A DNA stretch of 64,000 bases from an uncultured Gammaproteobacteria bacterium (GTDB lineage: Bacteria; Patescibacteriota; Microgenomatia; CAZETR01; Amesbacteraceae). The stretch is from NCBI GenBank assembly GCA_964356225.1, contig CAYHGA010000001.1, positions 104,220 through 168,219 of the forward strand. Direction: 5' to 3'. A program made the position numbers and the translations under genes. Positions 47,243-55,865 of this stretch are shown piece by piece. Within the stretch, counting starts at the first letter, position 1. Each line of letters starts with the position of its first letter. The notes below the pieces were generated by a model that was not told where the DNA came from, did no database searches, and was given only the letters and a program-made list of their open reading frames with translations.

Positions 47243-49162
47243 TTATTGGGCCAGACTGGCGGATTTGATGATGAGCTGGAGGGGGGCGGTGTTTTTTTTG
47301 ACAACCGAGCTGTATACCTGATCACCCAATCCTTCCACTTGTTGATCGTTGGCAGGATCACGGAAGACGGACATGGTATATTCGCCGGCGGTGTCTTCCA
47401 GAGATGAGAAAGGAATGTTTTGAAATAACTGTTTCCACCAATCACCATTTTTAACATAAACGGGGGTGCCCTTGTTGGGATCGAAATCGTCTAGACGTTT
47501 TTTGAAGACGGCAGGGTCGGAACAGGGTTTGGCAGACGTACCCAGAGCGTCATTGCAGCCTACAATTGTGTTGTGAACGTCCTGTTGTCTGGATTCGATG
47601 ACGACGTTTTTGAGAGTGGTGGCCAAGTCGAAAGGGAGAAGTTTGCGCAGGGGGCCGGAATAGTTGACTACGCGGCTGATAGCGGCGGGGTTATTGGAAT
47701 CAATGGGCAGCTGGTCGCCGATTTGGGGAGTGCCGGTGAGGTACCAGGACAAATATTCGTTGACTTTTTGGGCGTCGGTGAGGGTGGTGTCCTGGGTGTT
47801 ACTTAAAACGCCTAAATTGGCGTGAGAGAGATCGACGGTAACGTCAAAAGCTGACGAGCGCCAGCAGGTGACGGTTCCACCATTTTGGAGCATGTTTTTG
47901 AAGTCTCTTTTTTCTTGGTCCGATGTTCCGAATTCGCTGGGATAACAAACGGTATGAGCAAAACCCTTTGTTGTTCTCCTTTCGTATAACCCGTTTTTGC
48001 CATAGGGATCAAAGCGTTCAATTGCCGATGGCGTCAGCGATGTGCCACAAGCAAAAGTATTAAATTTCTTTTCGGAAGTAAGCGGAGCTTCGGGAACGGA
48101 GCGGGAGATTAGGGGATCGCAAGGAGAGCCGGGATATGGGCGCAGAGGATGATATTCAGGGTCGGCAGGATTACCACTACAGGGATAATATTTGAGGGGG
48201 TTAAACCCTTCTTCTAATGGGCCTTTTTTCTGGGGGAGAGGAGGACCAGTGGGAATTTCATCAAACTTATAACCAACTTCACCAAGATAAAAGGGCTTAC
48301 CAAGCTGATTAGATTGATCTTGGGCTTGGGACGCAAGGGACTTTTCCGAGGGATTATAGTAGTGAGCAGAAGTAAGGTCAATGGACGAAGAATTATTACT
48401 GTTTTTAAAGTCACCATTGCCTGGGCTGTCGCCTAAAGTAGTATTTTCGTTCGATTTTTGGCCGATACTGACTTTGGCATCGGAATCGATACGTTTTATT
48501 TGTTGGGCAACATCGTTAGCCCAAAGTTTGTAAGGTCCACGACAAGCGTCAATACCACTACAATGCGGCTCGTTGGCGAGTTCATAGCCAAAGAGCGACG
48601 GATTTCCTTTCAATTTACTAACGACGGATTTTATATATGGAAGATAAGCCGTTTTATAGTCGGAAAGATACCAAGATGTGGGATCGGATCTGATATCACC
48701 AGGGAGAATATCCCCACTACTGTTACTGTAATCTGCGAGAACGACGATGGTTTTGACACCATATTTTTCGGCAGAGTCCAATACTAATTTTGGGTCTCCC
48801 CGGTCGGGACTGCCCCAAACGCGGACAACGGAAACTCCACACTCCTTTGATAAATAAGAAAATGTGTCGTCTGTTTGAGTAGGATGATTGGCCAAACTAT
48901 GAATGTTAACACCGATGAATTTGCCGGAATATTTATCGGCGGCTTGTTTGAGAATGCCACAAACAGGACTTCCTTTGTAAAATGAATAGGGATCGTTTTC
49001 GAAATACTTGTCTTTTGGGCCGGAGTATTGCCAGACAAGAAAACCGGCAGCACCGGAGCCAAACCACTGGTCGAGGTCAGATTGTAAATCGTCGAGTGGA
49101 CCGGCCAAAACGGCGGGAGCCGTAATTAAAATTATGCACAAAAATAGTAAAAGTTTTTTCAT
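47243..49162 (-). CDS. secreted glycoside hydrolase family 5 enzyme
   Basis: Signal peptide MKKLLLFLCIILITAPAVLA. GH5 acid/base motif ELANEPHC and nucleotide-side nucleophile motif YLGEVGY. A long extra C-terminal domain follows. Confidence 0.55.
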   Translation of the reverse strand: MKKLLLFLCIILITAPAVLAGPLDDLQSDLDQWFGSGAAGFLVWQYSGPKDKYFENDPYSFYKGSPVCGILKQAADKYSGKFIGVNIHSLANHPTQTDDTFSYLSKECGVSVVRVWGSPDRGDPKLVLDSAEKYGVKTIVVLADYSNSSGDILPGDIRSDPTSWYLSDYKTAYLPYIKSVVSKLKGNPSLFGYELANEPHCSGIDACRGPYKLWANDVAQQIKRIDSDAKVSIGQKSNENTTLGDSPGNGDFKNSNNSSSIDLTSAHYYNPSEKSLASQAQDQSNQLGKPFYLGEVGYKFDEIPTGPPLPQKKGPLEEGFNPLKYYPCSGNPADPEYHPLRPYPGSPCDPLISRSVPEAPLTSEKKFNTFACGTSLTPSAIERFDPYGKNGLYERRTTKGFAHTVCYPSEFGTSDQEKRDFKNMLQNGGTVTCWRSSAFDVTVDLSHANLGVLSNTQDTTLTDAQKVNEYLSWYLTGTPQIGDQLPIDSNNPAAISRVVNYSGPLRKLLPFDLATTLKNVVIESRQQDVHNTIVGCNDALGTSAKPCSDPAVFKKRLDDFDPNKGTPVYVKNGDWWKQLFQNIPFSSLEDTAGEYTMSVFRDPANDQQVEGLGDQVYSSVVKKNTAPLQLIIKSASLAQ

Positions 49163-51330
49163 GGTGAAACGACACATGAGGCGATATTCAAAACGCTTTG
49201 TTGATAACAAGTGGAAGGATTGGCGACACAAGATGGCCGGGGTGGATATTTGGGGTCGGGATGTTTGGGATCTTCACAATAACCAAGGTATTGTCTGGCG
49301 GCTGTAACAATGTCTGAATTATTCCAATAGCAAGAGGTAGAAGGACCTTGGTTAGTATTGAGCACATAACCAATACATTCAGGAATAGAGTAGCTGGCGG
49401 CTCCACCACGTTCTTGACCAATTTTTTTAGCTGCTGCAAAAGTGGAGTCTAATAGATTACAAATATTGGGGGTACGACCATCGGACACTCCTGCTTCAAC
49501 GACAGCATTGGAATACGAGGACCACGTGCTAGGCAAGAATTGCCAGGGACCTTTAGCGCCGGAACTGCTAATATTACTACCATCACAATTAGTTACTTGA
49601 CAGTTTGGGCCACTGACAGCAAGAACTTTGGATTCATCCCAACCCCATGAAGGGTTAAGGCCTCCCTCATTATAAAATACGCCAACTAGAACAGAGACGG
49701 GAACTTTATAGAATGAGGCAGCTGATTCAAAAATATTTTTCATTGATAATGAAGGAAAAGATATCGAGCAAGTTTGGCATGTAGGGTCGATAATTGGCAG
49801 GGTGGGGAGTGTTGGAGTGCAGGCATTTTGATTGTTGGGAGGAGTAGTAGAAAAACCCAGGGGCCGGAGGGTTTTTTGCAGGCCCTGCAGGAAATATTCA
49901 TACAGACTGCCTAGATGGGGAATATAGATAGTGGGCGTGGCAGAGCCATTTCCGGCCTGAATATTTACTCTGCTACCTTCCTGGTTTACTCCGGTTGCCT
50001 CAGCTAAAAAACTAGCCTGGGAAGGGATTTCCTTAAACTCTTTGGGTAAATTCTTGGGAAAGATTCTTTTTAAGACCGATTGTGATCCTACTACCAGCGA
50101 ATCGTAAATATATTCTATAAGGGGAGTTTTGGTATACACCACGGCCCGGCCCTTGGTAGGATAATCGTTACCAGCGCGGGTGGCGCATTTGTAATAAACA
50201 TCCTCAGTTCCGATTAAGTTAGGGACGACCGTGACTTGCGGAGTCAAAGAATAATAACCATTCCCCTCATATTCCGAACAACATTTGGTGCCGGACCGCC
50301 GTTCTGTCTCGGATATATTGTAATTGTCTTCTTTACATCCGTCCGGGTGGGGAGCGGTTTCATAGGTATATTTTTGGGTATAAGTCAGACTGGATACAAT
50401 TGTGGGGCCCAGGAGATCGTCTCCGGGGTTGGCGCGGGTATCGGCGATACTGCAAAAACCGGAGGCTTTGTAAGGAAGATTGGGGTCGTTGAAAGAATAG
50501 AGAGGATCGGGAGCGGGGGCATTTACTTTCAAGGAAGAATTATTTTTGTCAGACACGTATTGGGTGTCGTCGTCCAGCCCTTGATGAAGCTGAATGCGGG
50601 TGGTAACGGCGGCGGGATTATCAAGAGAAGCTGATTGGGGAGCGGGGGGCTCGGCGTTTTTATTGAATGAGCCGGGAGCGGGATTGAAAATAGACTGGAG
50701 GAGAGTGGACAGGGCGGAGATATTTCTGAGCTGAGGAAACCAGAGGCGGGATTCGCCGGCGCCACTCCTGGCGATATTGGTGCAGAAGCCATATGGAGGG
50801 GTAACTGAAGGAAGAGAGGGAGAGCAATCATTGGGTTTGGGGGGAATTCCTGTTTGACTGCAAGAGTTTTTTGAACCACAACAAAAGACATTGTCGGAAC
50901 AAACTTTGACAGTGTTTATACCAGGAGAACCAAAAGTTAGTCCGTTAAAGGTGAACGGGCCGGAAGTCTGGGTTTCGATTTGGCCTTTGATGGGGGGGGT
51001 GGGGAGGGAGCTGGCCCCTTGGGCAAAATTGGCACCGTAACAGACCCAAAAATTTTGATTGCCGTCGATACCATACGCGCACCAGGGAATAATTTCGGGG
51101 GAAGTGCCGCAAATAGGGGATTTGAGAGTGTCGTAGGCCAAAGTTTCTTCTTTGGTGTCGCAGTACATTTGGATTCCCTGAAACTGGGCCGGAAATGGGG
51201 ATGTGCCGGTTTTTTGACAACGGCAGAGATCTTTTTGAGGATCATTACACCAGCAAGCCGCCCCCGCCGGAGGCGGGGCGGCAGAGCCCAGAAGGAAGAG
51301 AAAAGTGCTCAGGGCAAGAAATTTCTTCAC
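49159..51330 (-). CDS. secreted Cys-rich protein with C-terminal lytic transglycosylase (SLT-like) domain
   Basis: Signal peptide. N-terminal CWCNDPQKDLCRCQ. The C-terminal FYNEGGLNPS...SSGAKGPWQFLPSTW resembles the SLT E...S...GxMQ..P.TW motifs. Confidence 0.45.
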   Translation of the reverse strand: MKKFLALSTFLFLLGSAAPPPAGAACWCNDPQKDLCRCQKTGTSPFPAQFQGIQMYCDTKEETLAYDTLKSPICGTSPEIIPWCAYGIDGNQNFWVCYGANFAQGASSLPTPPIKGQIETQTSGPFTFNGLTFGSPGINTVKVCSDNVFCCGSKNSCSQTGIPPKPNDCSPSLPSVTPPYGFCTNIARSGAGESRLWFPQLRNISALSTLLQSIFNPAPGSFNKNAEPPAPQSASLDNPAAVTTRIQLHQGLDDDTQYVSDKNNSSLKVNAPAPDPLYSFNDPNLPYKASGFCSIADTRANPGDDLLGPTIVSSLTYTQKYTYETAPHPDGCKEDNYNISETERRSGTKCCSEYEGNGYYSLTPQVTVVPNLIGTEDVYYKCATRAGNDYPTKGRAVVYTKTPLIEYIYDSLVVGSQSVLKRIFPKNLPKEFKEIPSQASFLAEATGVNQEGSRVNIQAGNGSATPTIYIPHLGSLYEYFLQGLQKTLRPLGFSTTPPNNQNACTPTLPTLPIIDPTCQTCSISFPSLSMKNIFESAASFYKVPVSVLVGVFYNEGGLNPSWGWDESKVLAVSGPNCQVTNCDGSNISSSGAKGPWQFLPSTWSSYSNAVVEAGVSDGRTPNICNLLDSTFAAAKKIGQERGGAASYSIPECIGYVLNTNQGPSTSCYWNNSDIVTAARQYLGYCEDPKHPDPKYPPRPSCVANPSTCYQQSVLNIASCVVSP

Positions 51331-51339
51331 CAGTTTATT

Positions 51340-51627
51340 CTAGCAGACGGGGCCGGGGAGGCAGATGGAGAACATGGAGAAATTCAGTCCAAGGAAATTC
51401 CCCAGTAAGTTTAAGATAATCCAGGCAGATAAAACCAAGACCAGGCCACCGATGGCGTAGGTGAGAGTTTTTTGAGCTTTGGCGGCGCCTTCTTTGTCTC
51501 CACCGGCAGTTAAAAACCCAAAACCGCCCACAATCAACATTACTAAGACCGCAATTCCGGCTAAGGTCAAAGCACCGGAGACCACGGATGAAAAGACGGT
51601 TTCGAGATTTTGAATAGTGGCGGGCAT
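51340..51627 (-). CDS. pilin-like small 2-TM protein (VirB2/TrbC-like candidate), paralog 8 (promoter-distal; the array is minus-strand)
   Basis: 95 aa, two TM helices. The family motif is AGGDKEGAAKAQKTLTYAIGGLVLVLSAWII. Confidence 0.5.
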   Translation of the reverse strand: MPATIQNLETVFSSVVSGALTLAGIAVLVMLIVGGFGFLTAGGDKEGAAKAQKTLTYAIGGLVLVLSAWIILNLLGNFLGLNFSMFSICLPGPVC

Positions 51628-51704
51628 GTTTTTATTTTAACACTTCTCATCAAAACCAAATTGTCCCGCTTGCGGCGGGACAATTTAACGTCAACCCTAA
51701 GCAA

Positions 51705-52118
51705 CTATTGGGTAGTAATTGAGGGAATTACGAGGTTTAGAATACTGATGCCGAATATGCTATCGATAAGGAACGCAATGGCGTAGGTAGAAAAGACAAT
51801 CGCAAGGCCCAATAGGGCGGCCGTAATACGCTTGCGAGCTTTTTCGGTCCCTTCTTTGTCGCCGCCGGCCATAATCCATTGGACTCCTCCTATTAAGAGA
51901 AAGAAGAAGGCGACTAAACCTGCGCCCATTAGCACAAGGTTAATGCTGAGGCGAAGGATGTTTTGGGCATTAAACGTTCCCTCAGTGCCGATTGTCTGCC
52001 CTATTCCAGACTTAGGGATTAAGTCTATATTTTCTGCAAGGGCTGTGGTTGGTGATACGGTGAGCATTGTTGCTAGAGCAGAACCGTATTTGATGGCGTT
52101 TTTAATTTTGTTTGTCAA
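51705..52118 (-). CDS. pilin-like small 2-TM protein, paralog 7
   Basis: 137 aa. Contains MAGGDKEGTEKARKRITAALLGLAIVFSTYAI. Confidence 0.5.
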   Translation of the reverse strand: MTNKIKNAIKYGSALATMLTVSPTTALAENIDLIPKSGIGQTIGTEGTFNAQNILRLSINLVLMGAGLVAFFFLLIGGVQWIMAGGDKEGTEKARKRITAALLGLAIVFSTYAIAFLIDSIFGISILNLVIPSITTQ

Positions 52119-52133
52119 AGATGCTCACCTCCT

Positions 52134-52472
52134 TTACTGGATGACAGGAATTGTAAATTTAGTAATAGAAACACCAAATAATGTTTCAACTAAGTAGATT
52201 ATAGCAAAGATGGAGAAGACAATTGCAAGACCTATTAAAGCAGCGGTGAGACGTTTGGAGGCGGATTGGGTGCGTTCTTTGTCTCCTCCGGCGGTGATAT
52301 ATTCTATTCCGCCCCAGAGGAGCATAAAAAAGAAAATAATGCCGGCGGCTCCCAAAGCTAGAGTAATAAAATTGGTGAGAAAGAGCTGGAGGATGTCGAT
52401 GCCGGAACTATAACCAACGCTAGTATTGATTGCGGGGTTTTTAATGACGAAACCTTGGGCAAGTATTCTCAT
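52134..52472 (-). CDS. pilin-like small 2-TM protein, paralog 6
   Basis: 112 aa. Contains TAGGDKERTQSASKRLTAALIGLAIVFSIFAI. Confidence 0.5.
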   Translation of the reverse strand: MRILAQGFVIKNPAINTSVGYSSGIDILQLFLTNFITLALGAAGIIFFFMLLWGGIEYITAGGDKERTQSASKRLTAALIGLAIVFSIFAIIYLVETLFGVSITKFTIPVIQ

Positions 52473-52909
52473 CTTCGTGGAGTGCCACCGCCTCCAGTAC
52501 TACCGGGAATGTTACAAGTAAAGGTTGTGGTTCCGATGGTATTGGAAAAAAGGTCTCCAAATGGACAAAGGATGTTTATTCCGAAGATTAATCCTATGAT
52601 TCCAATTAGGGCGTAGGAAAATACGACTACAAACAGTCCTAAAATAGCATTCACGATTCTTTTTTGGGCGTTTTGCAGGGCTTGTTTTTCTCCTCCACCC
52701 GCTAACCACTGAAAGGCTCCGGCAAATATTTGAATGATAAACCAGACTCCGGCCGCAACAGTGAGAACACCGATTCCCGTGGAAAGAGTGGAGACAAAAA
52801 GGGCAAAGGGCTCTGTTCCTCCTTTGGTCAGGGTCTTGGTAAAATCTCCCAGGGGCCCCACGCCCTCAAAAGTTCCTAAAGGAGCGTCGGCTAAGAATTT
52901 CATGGGCAT
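52469..52909 (-). CDS. pilin-like small 2-TM protein, paralog 5
   Basis: 146 aa. Contains LAGGGEKQALQNAQKRIVNAILGLFVVVFSYAL. Confidence 0.5.
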   Translation of the reverse strand: MPMKFLADAPLGTFEGVGPLGDFTKTLTKGGTEPFALFVSTLSTGIGVLTVAAGVWFIIQIFAGAFQWLAGGGEKQALQNAQKRIVNAILGLFVVVFSYALIGIIGLIFGINILCPFGDLFSNTIGTTTFTCNIPGSTGGGGTPRR

Positions 52910-53256
52910 GATCCGGGCCCGTAAATAACGGGGGAGATAATGGCGGTGGCATCGCCAAAAATTAAATAGCCAAAGATTCCTGCAAGAACAAATGAGCCGG
53001 CGACAAAAGTCAGACCGAGGAGAGATTGGGTGAACTTGCCAAAAGCCTTACCCATGGCTTTGGCATCGTCACCGGCGGACATAAATCCGTAACCGGCGGC
53101 AATGAAATTCCAAAAAGCATATAGGCCGGCCAGGACGATGACCGTTTTAAGCAGGCCATTGCTTAGAGTAATCAATCCAGATCCACATTCACTACCTTTT
53201 AGGGGTGAATTTAATGTTGCAAACGGGTCATAAATTTTACCGAATGGGGAAATCAT
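52900..53256 (-). CDS. pilin-like small 2-TM protein, paralog 4
   Basis: 118 aa. Contains MSAGDDAKAMGKAFGKFTQSLLGLTFVAGSFVL. Confidence 0.5.
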   Translation of the reverse strand: MISPFGKIYDPFATLNSPLKGSECGSGLITLSNGLLKTVIVLAGLYAFWNFIAAGYGFMSAGDDAKAMGKAFGKFTQSLLGLTFVAGSFVLAGIFGYLIFGDATAIISPVIYGPGSCP

Positions 53257-53597
53257 AGTCTTATGTTAAAAAAGTCGATGCCGGTAATGACCCCGACTGC
53301 TTGGAGTATAAAATAAGCGGAGATGACAAGCAAGAATCCGATAACGGAAAATGTGATAGTATTTTTTGCTTGAGCTGCGGCTTTGGCGTCATCTCTGCCG
53401 GCTGACGAAATCATGGAAAATCCGGCGCCAAGCAGTAAAAACAAAAATATGACTCCGGCGCCAATGAGAGCGTTGGGGAGAAGGGAAGTGATAAGAGTAC
53501 CGAGATTGGCGTTGGTCCCGCCCGCAATGCCTGCGGCTTGAGGGGAATTTGTAAAAAACTGTTCATTAATGTCTACTTGGGATAATAATTTGGTCAT
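53253..53597 (-). CDS. pilin-like small 2-TM protein, paralog 3
   Basis: 114 aa. Contains SSAGRDDAKAAAQAKNTITFSVIGFLLVISAYFI. Confidence 0.5.
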   Translation of the reverse strand: MTKLLSQVDINEQFFTNSPQAAGIAGGTNANLGTLITSLLPNALIGAGVIFLFLLLGAGFSMISSAGRDDAKAAAQAKNTITFSVIGFLLVISAYFILQAVGVITGIDFFNIRL

Positions 53598-53899
53598 AAG
53601 ATTTCGATGCCAAAGATGGTTTGTATAACCTGAATTATAAAGTAAGCGGAAATGACAACTAATAAACCAATAAGAGCATTGACAAGTTCTTTAGAGGCGC
53701 TCTGGATTTTGTTTTGATCACCGGCGTTGGTGAGGTAGGTGTATCCGGCGGAAATAAGACGAACGAAGAAAAATAAACCGGAGAGGGCGATGGCAAAAGT
53801 AAGAATGCGGGCTACATAATATCCAAGAAACACATCTGGGGTAAGAAGATTTAGGGGACCAGGTTGGTTAATGCCAGTGATTTGGGCGAGTTGTTTCAT
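53594..53899 (-). CDS. pilin-like small 2-TM protein, paralog 2
   Basis: 101 aa. Contains TNAGDQNKIQSASKELVNALIGLLVVISAYFI. Confidence 0.5.
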   Translation of the reverse strand: MKQLAQITGINQPGPLNLLTPDVFLGYYVARILTFAIALSGLFFFVRLISAGYTYLTNAGDQNKIQSASKELVNALIGLLVVISAYFIIQVIQTIFGIEIL

Positions 53900-54639
53900 A
53901 GGTTGAGACCAGGATTTCCTACGAAGCCGGGTAAATTAAGGATTTTTACTCCAATAAAGTTTAACAGAACGAGGCTTAATGCAATAATGATGAGGCCGGC
54001 GAGGGCGGACATGAGCAGTTCGCGGGCGGCTTGAACCTTTTTCGGGTCGCCACTGGCGGTGGTCATTTGAAAGCCGGCTAAGACGATCATCAAAAAGGCA
54101 ATACCTCCGCCAACCCCTACTCCCCAACCTAAGAGTTGGGAAACCAGCTGTTTGGGATCTCCGGCCATCAAACAACCAATGGCAGTAGAGACTCCAAGAT
54201 TATCTGTGCCACAAAGAGCGCTTGAGCTGGCTGCGGGGGGATTGATGAGAGAAACACACACTCCGCTGCTGCAATTTCCGAAACTGCAGGTGTTTCCGGG
54301 ACAACAAGTTTGTCCTACATTACCGCAAGCTGCACAGTGAATTGTATTGTCGCAGTTCAGGTTGTTGAAGCAGCGAAAACCGCCAGTATATGAACCGCAA
54401 CAAGGATCTCCGACTTTATCACAAGTAGTGGGGGGGGTAGTGGGGGCTGGGATTTTACAATGGATTGTACTATCGCACTCGCTTGCTGGTGGATTGCAAT
54501 ACAAAATACTAGTTATAGAACCACAACAGGCATCGCCTACAGCGCTGCAGTTGGTGGCGAGGGAGGGGGACGGCCGGAGGCCGGAATAAACACCAATAAG
54601 TACCAAGGCCGAAATAAATATTAATAATTTACCGTTCAC
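53896..54639 (-). CDS. pilin-like protein with N-terminal triple Cys-rich module, paralog 1
   Basis: 247 aa with a signal peptide. It has three repeats of GDxCCGS...C.N...C..TIHC, then the family 2-TM core (TASGDPKKVQAARELLMSALAGLIIIALSL). Confidence 0.5.
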   Translation of the reverse strand: MNGKLLIFISALVLIGVYSGLRPSPSLATNCSAVGDACCGSITSILYCNPPASECDSTIHCKIPAPTTPPTTCDKVGDPCCGSYTGGFRCFNNLNCDNTIHCAACGNVGQTCCPGNTCSFGNCSSGVCVSLINPPAASSSALCGTDNLGVSTAIGCLMAGDPKQLVSQLLGWGVGVGGGIAFLMIVLAGFQMTTASGDPKKVQAARELLMSALAGLIIIALSLVLLNFIGVKILNLPGFVGNPGLNL

Positions 54640-54649
54640 CGTCTCAAGT

Positions 54650-55210
54650 TTAGCACAATTTTTGCAGCCAGAGTTTTTTCAGGCGGGAGAATTGATGGGG
54701 GTTGAGATTGAGTTCGGGGACGGAGGTTTGAGAGTTGAAAAGGCTTATCACACCGGTGGGGATTTGAGACCAGTCAAGAGATGGAAGTAAGAGGAGGCTG
54801 ATAATGTCAATTAAGTCTTTGTGGCCTTTGCCGCTGCCTTGACGGGCGCGGTAAGCGGTGAGCTTGAGGGCGATGAGAGTTTCAGGCGGGGGGACGGTGA
54901 AACCGTCAACAATGACGGTCCGGTCAATGTCGGGGCCCAGCTGGGAGTAGTGGGGAACGTAAACGTCAATTTGGACTTCGTCCCGGGCGATCTCGTATTT
55001 TTTGAGGCGCTCGTTTTTGGTTAGGGGAAAGTCGTAGCGAAGTTTTTCTAAAGTATCGAATTTGACTAACAAATCAATGTCTTTGGATTTGAGCTGGTGG
55101 GTGTAGAGCCAGACTGCCCAGCCGCCAATTAGAATAAATTGGTATTTTTTGGCCAGCTGTTGTAAAAGTTCCCAGCTCTTGGTGGTGACTTGGTCACGGT
55201 AATAGTTCAT
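54650..55210 (-). CDS. AbiEii/AbiGii-like nucleotidyltransferase (putative type IV TA toxin)
   Basis: FILIGGWAVWLYTHQLKSKDIDLLV matches the GG...R.S.DIDL NTase pattern of AbiEii toxins. It overlaps the upstream wHTH gene by 17 bp. Confidence 0.4.
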   Translation of the reverse strand: MNYYRDQVTTKSWELLQQLAKKYQFILIGGWAVWLYTHQLKSKDIDLLVKFDTLEKLRYDFPLTKNERLKKYEIARDEVQIDVYVPHYSQLGPDIDRTVIVDGFTVPPPETLIALKLTAYRARQGSGKGHKDLIDIISLLLLPSLDWSQIPTGVISLFNSQTSVPELNLNPHQFSRLKKLWLQKLC

Positions 55211-55796
55211 CGATTTTAGACTTGACTAAAGTAACAAAATCTTTGGCGTACCAATCGGACAGGCCCCAGAGGTCGACGAAGAGTTGAGATAGAGAAATGG
55301 ATTCCTTCGGAAAGAGAGATTTGAGGAAAGGGTTGGCCTGGAGAACAAAGAGATTTGGGGGGCCAGGGAGGGTTTCGGGAGCGAAGCGGTCAATGACGGA
55401 TTGGGGTTGTGGGTGGTAACAATAGACTTTGTCGTAATCGGTCGGGGGTTCGCCGAAGCGCTCGCGGACCGCGGAGTAGGCGGTAGTGAGGGAGCCGTCG
55501 GGCAGACGCCCCTCGATTTCCATTACCGGTAGATTAACGCGGATTTGGGCGACCAGATCGGCGGACAAACGACGATGATTGGCCCAGTGGTAAAGGATCT
55601 TGTGGAAGTCAGTGATTTCGAACCCGCGTTTGTGGACGCGGACGGCGCCTAGTTCACGCAGGGGTTTGAGGGCGAGATTGGCGGTGGAAGAGGAAAGGTG
55701 AAAATGGCTGGCTAAGTCCTGCTGGCGGAAAGCCGAGAGACGGCTATCCAGGTAGGAGTCAAGGAGATGGCGCCAGATGAATTCGATTTTCTTCAT
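55194..55796 (-). CDS. AbiEi-like winged-HTH protein (putative cognate antitoxin/regulator)
   Basis: The N-terminal wHTH is FRQQDLASHFHLSSSTANLALKPLRELGAV. It is co-oriented and overlapping with the NTase gene. Confidence 0.35.
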   Translation of the reverse strand: MKKIEFIWRHLLDSYLDSRLSAFRQQDLASHFHLSSSTANLALKPLRELGAVRVHKRGFEITDFHKILYHWANHRRLSADLVAQIRVNLPVMEIEGRLPDGSLTTAYSAVRERFGEPPTDYDKVYCYHPQPQSVIDRFAPETLPGPPNLFVLQANPFLKSLFPKESISLSQLFVDLWGLSDWYAKDFVTLVKSKIDELLP

Positions 55797-55865
55797 ATAA
55801 ATATCGGTTGAATTCGATAATACTCGAATCCGGGGAATTTGTCAAGATGATGGTAAGATAAAAAG

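Noticed and set aside
49008-49307. 99-aa plus-strand ORF at the GH5/SLT junction
   Set aside because: It overlaps the signal-peptide regions of two minus-strand genes that have catalytic motifs.

It has no support of its own.
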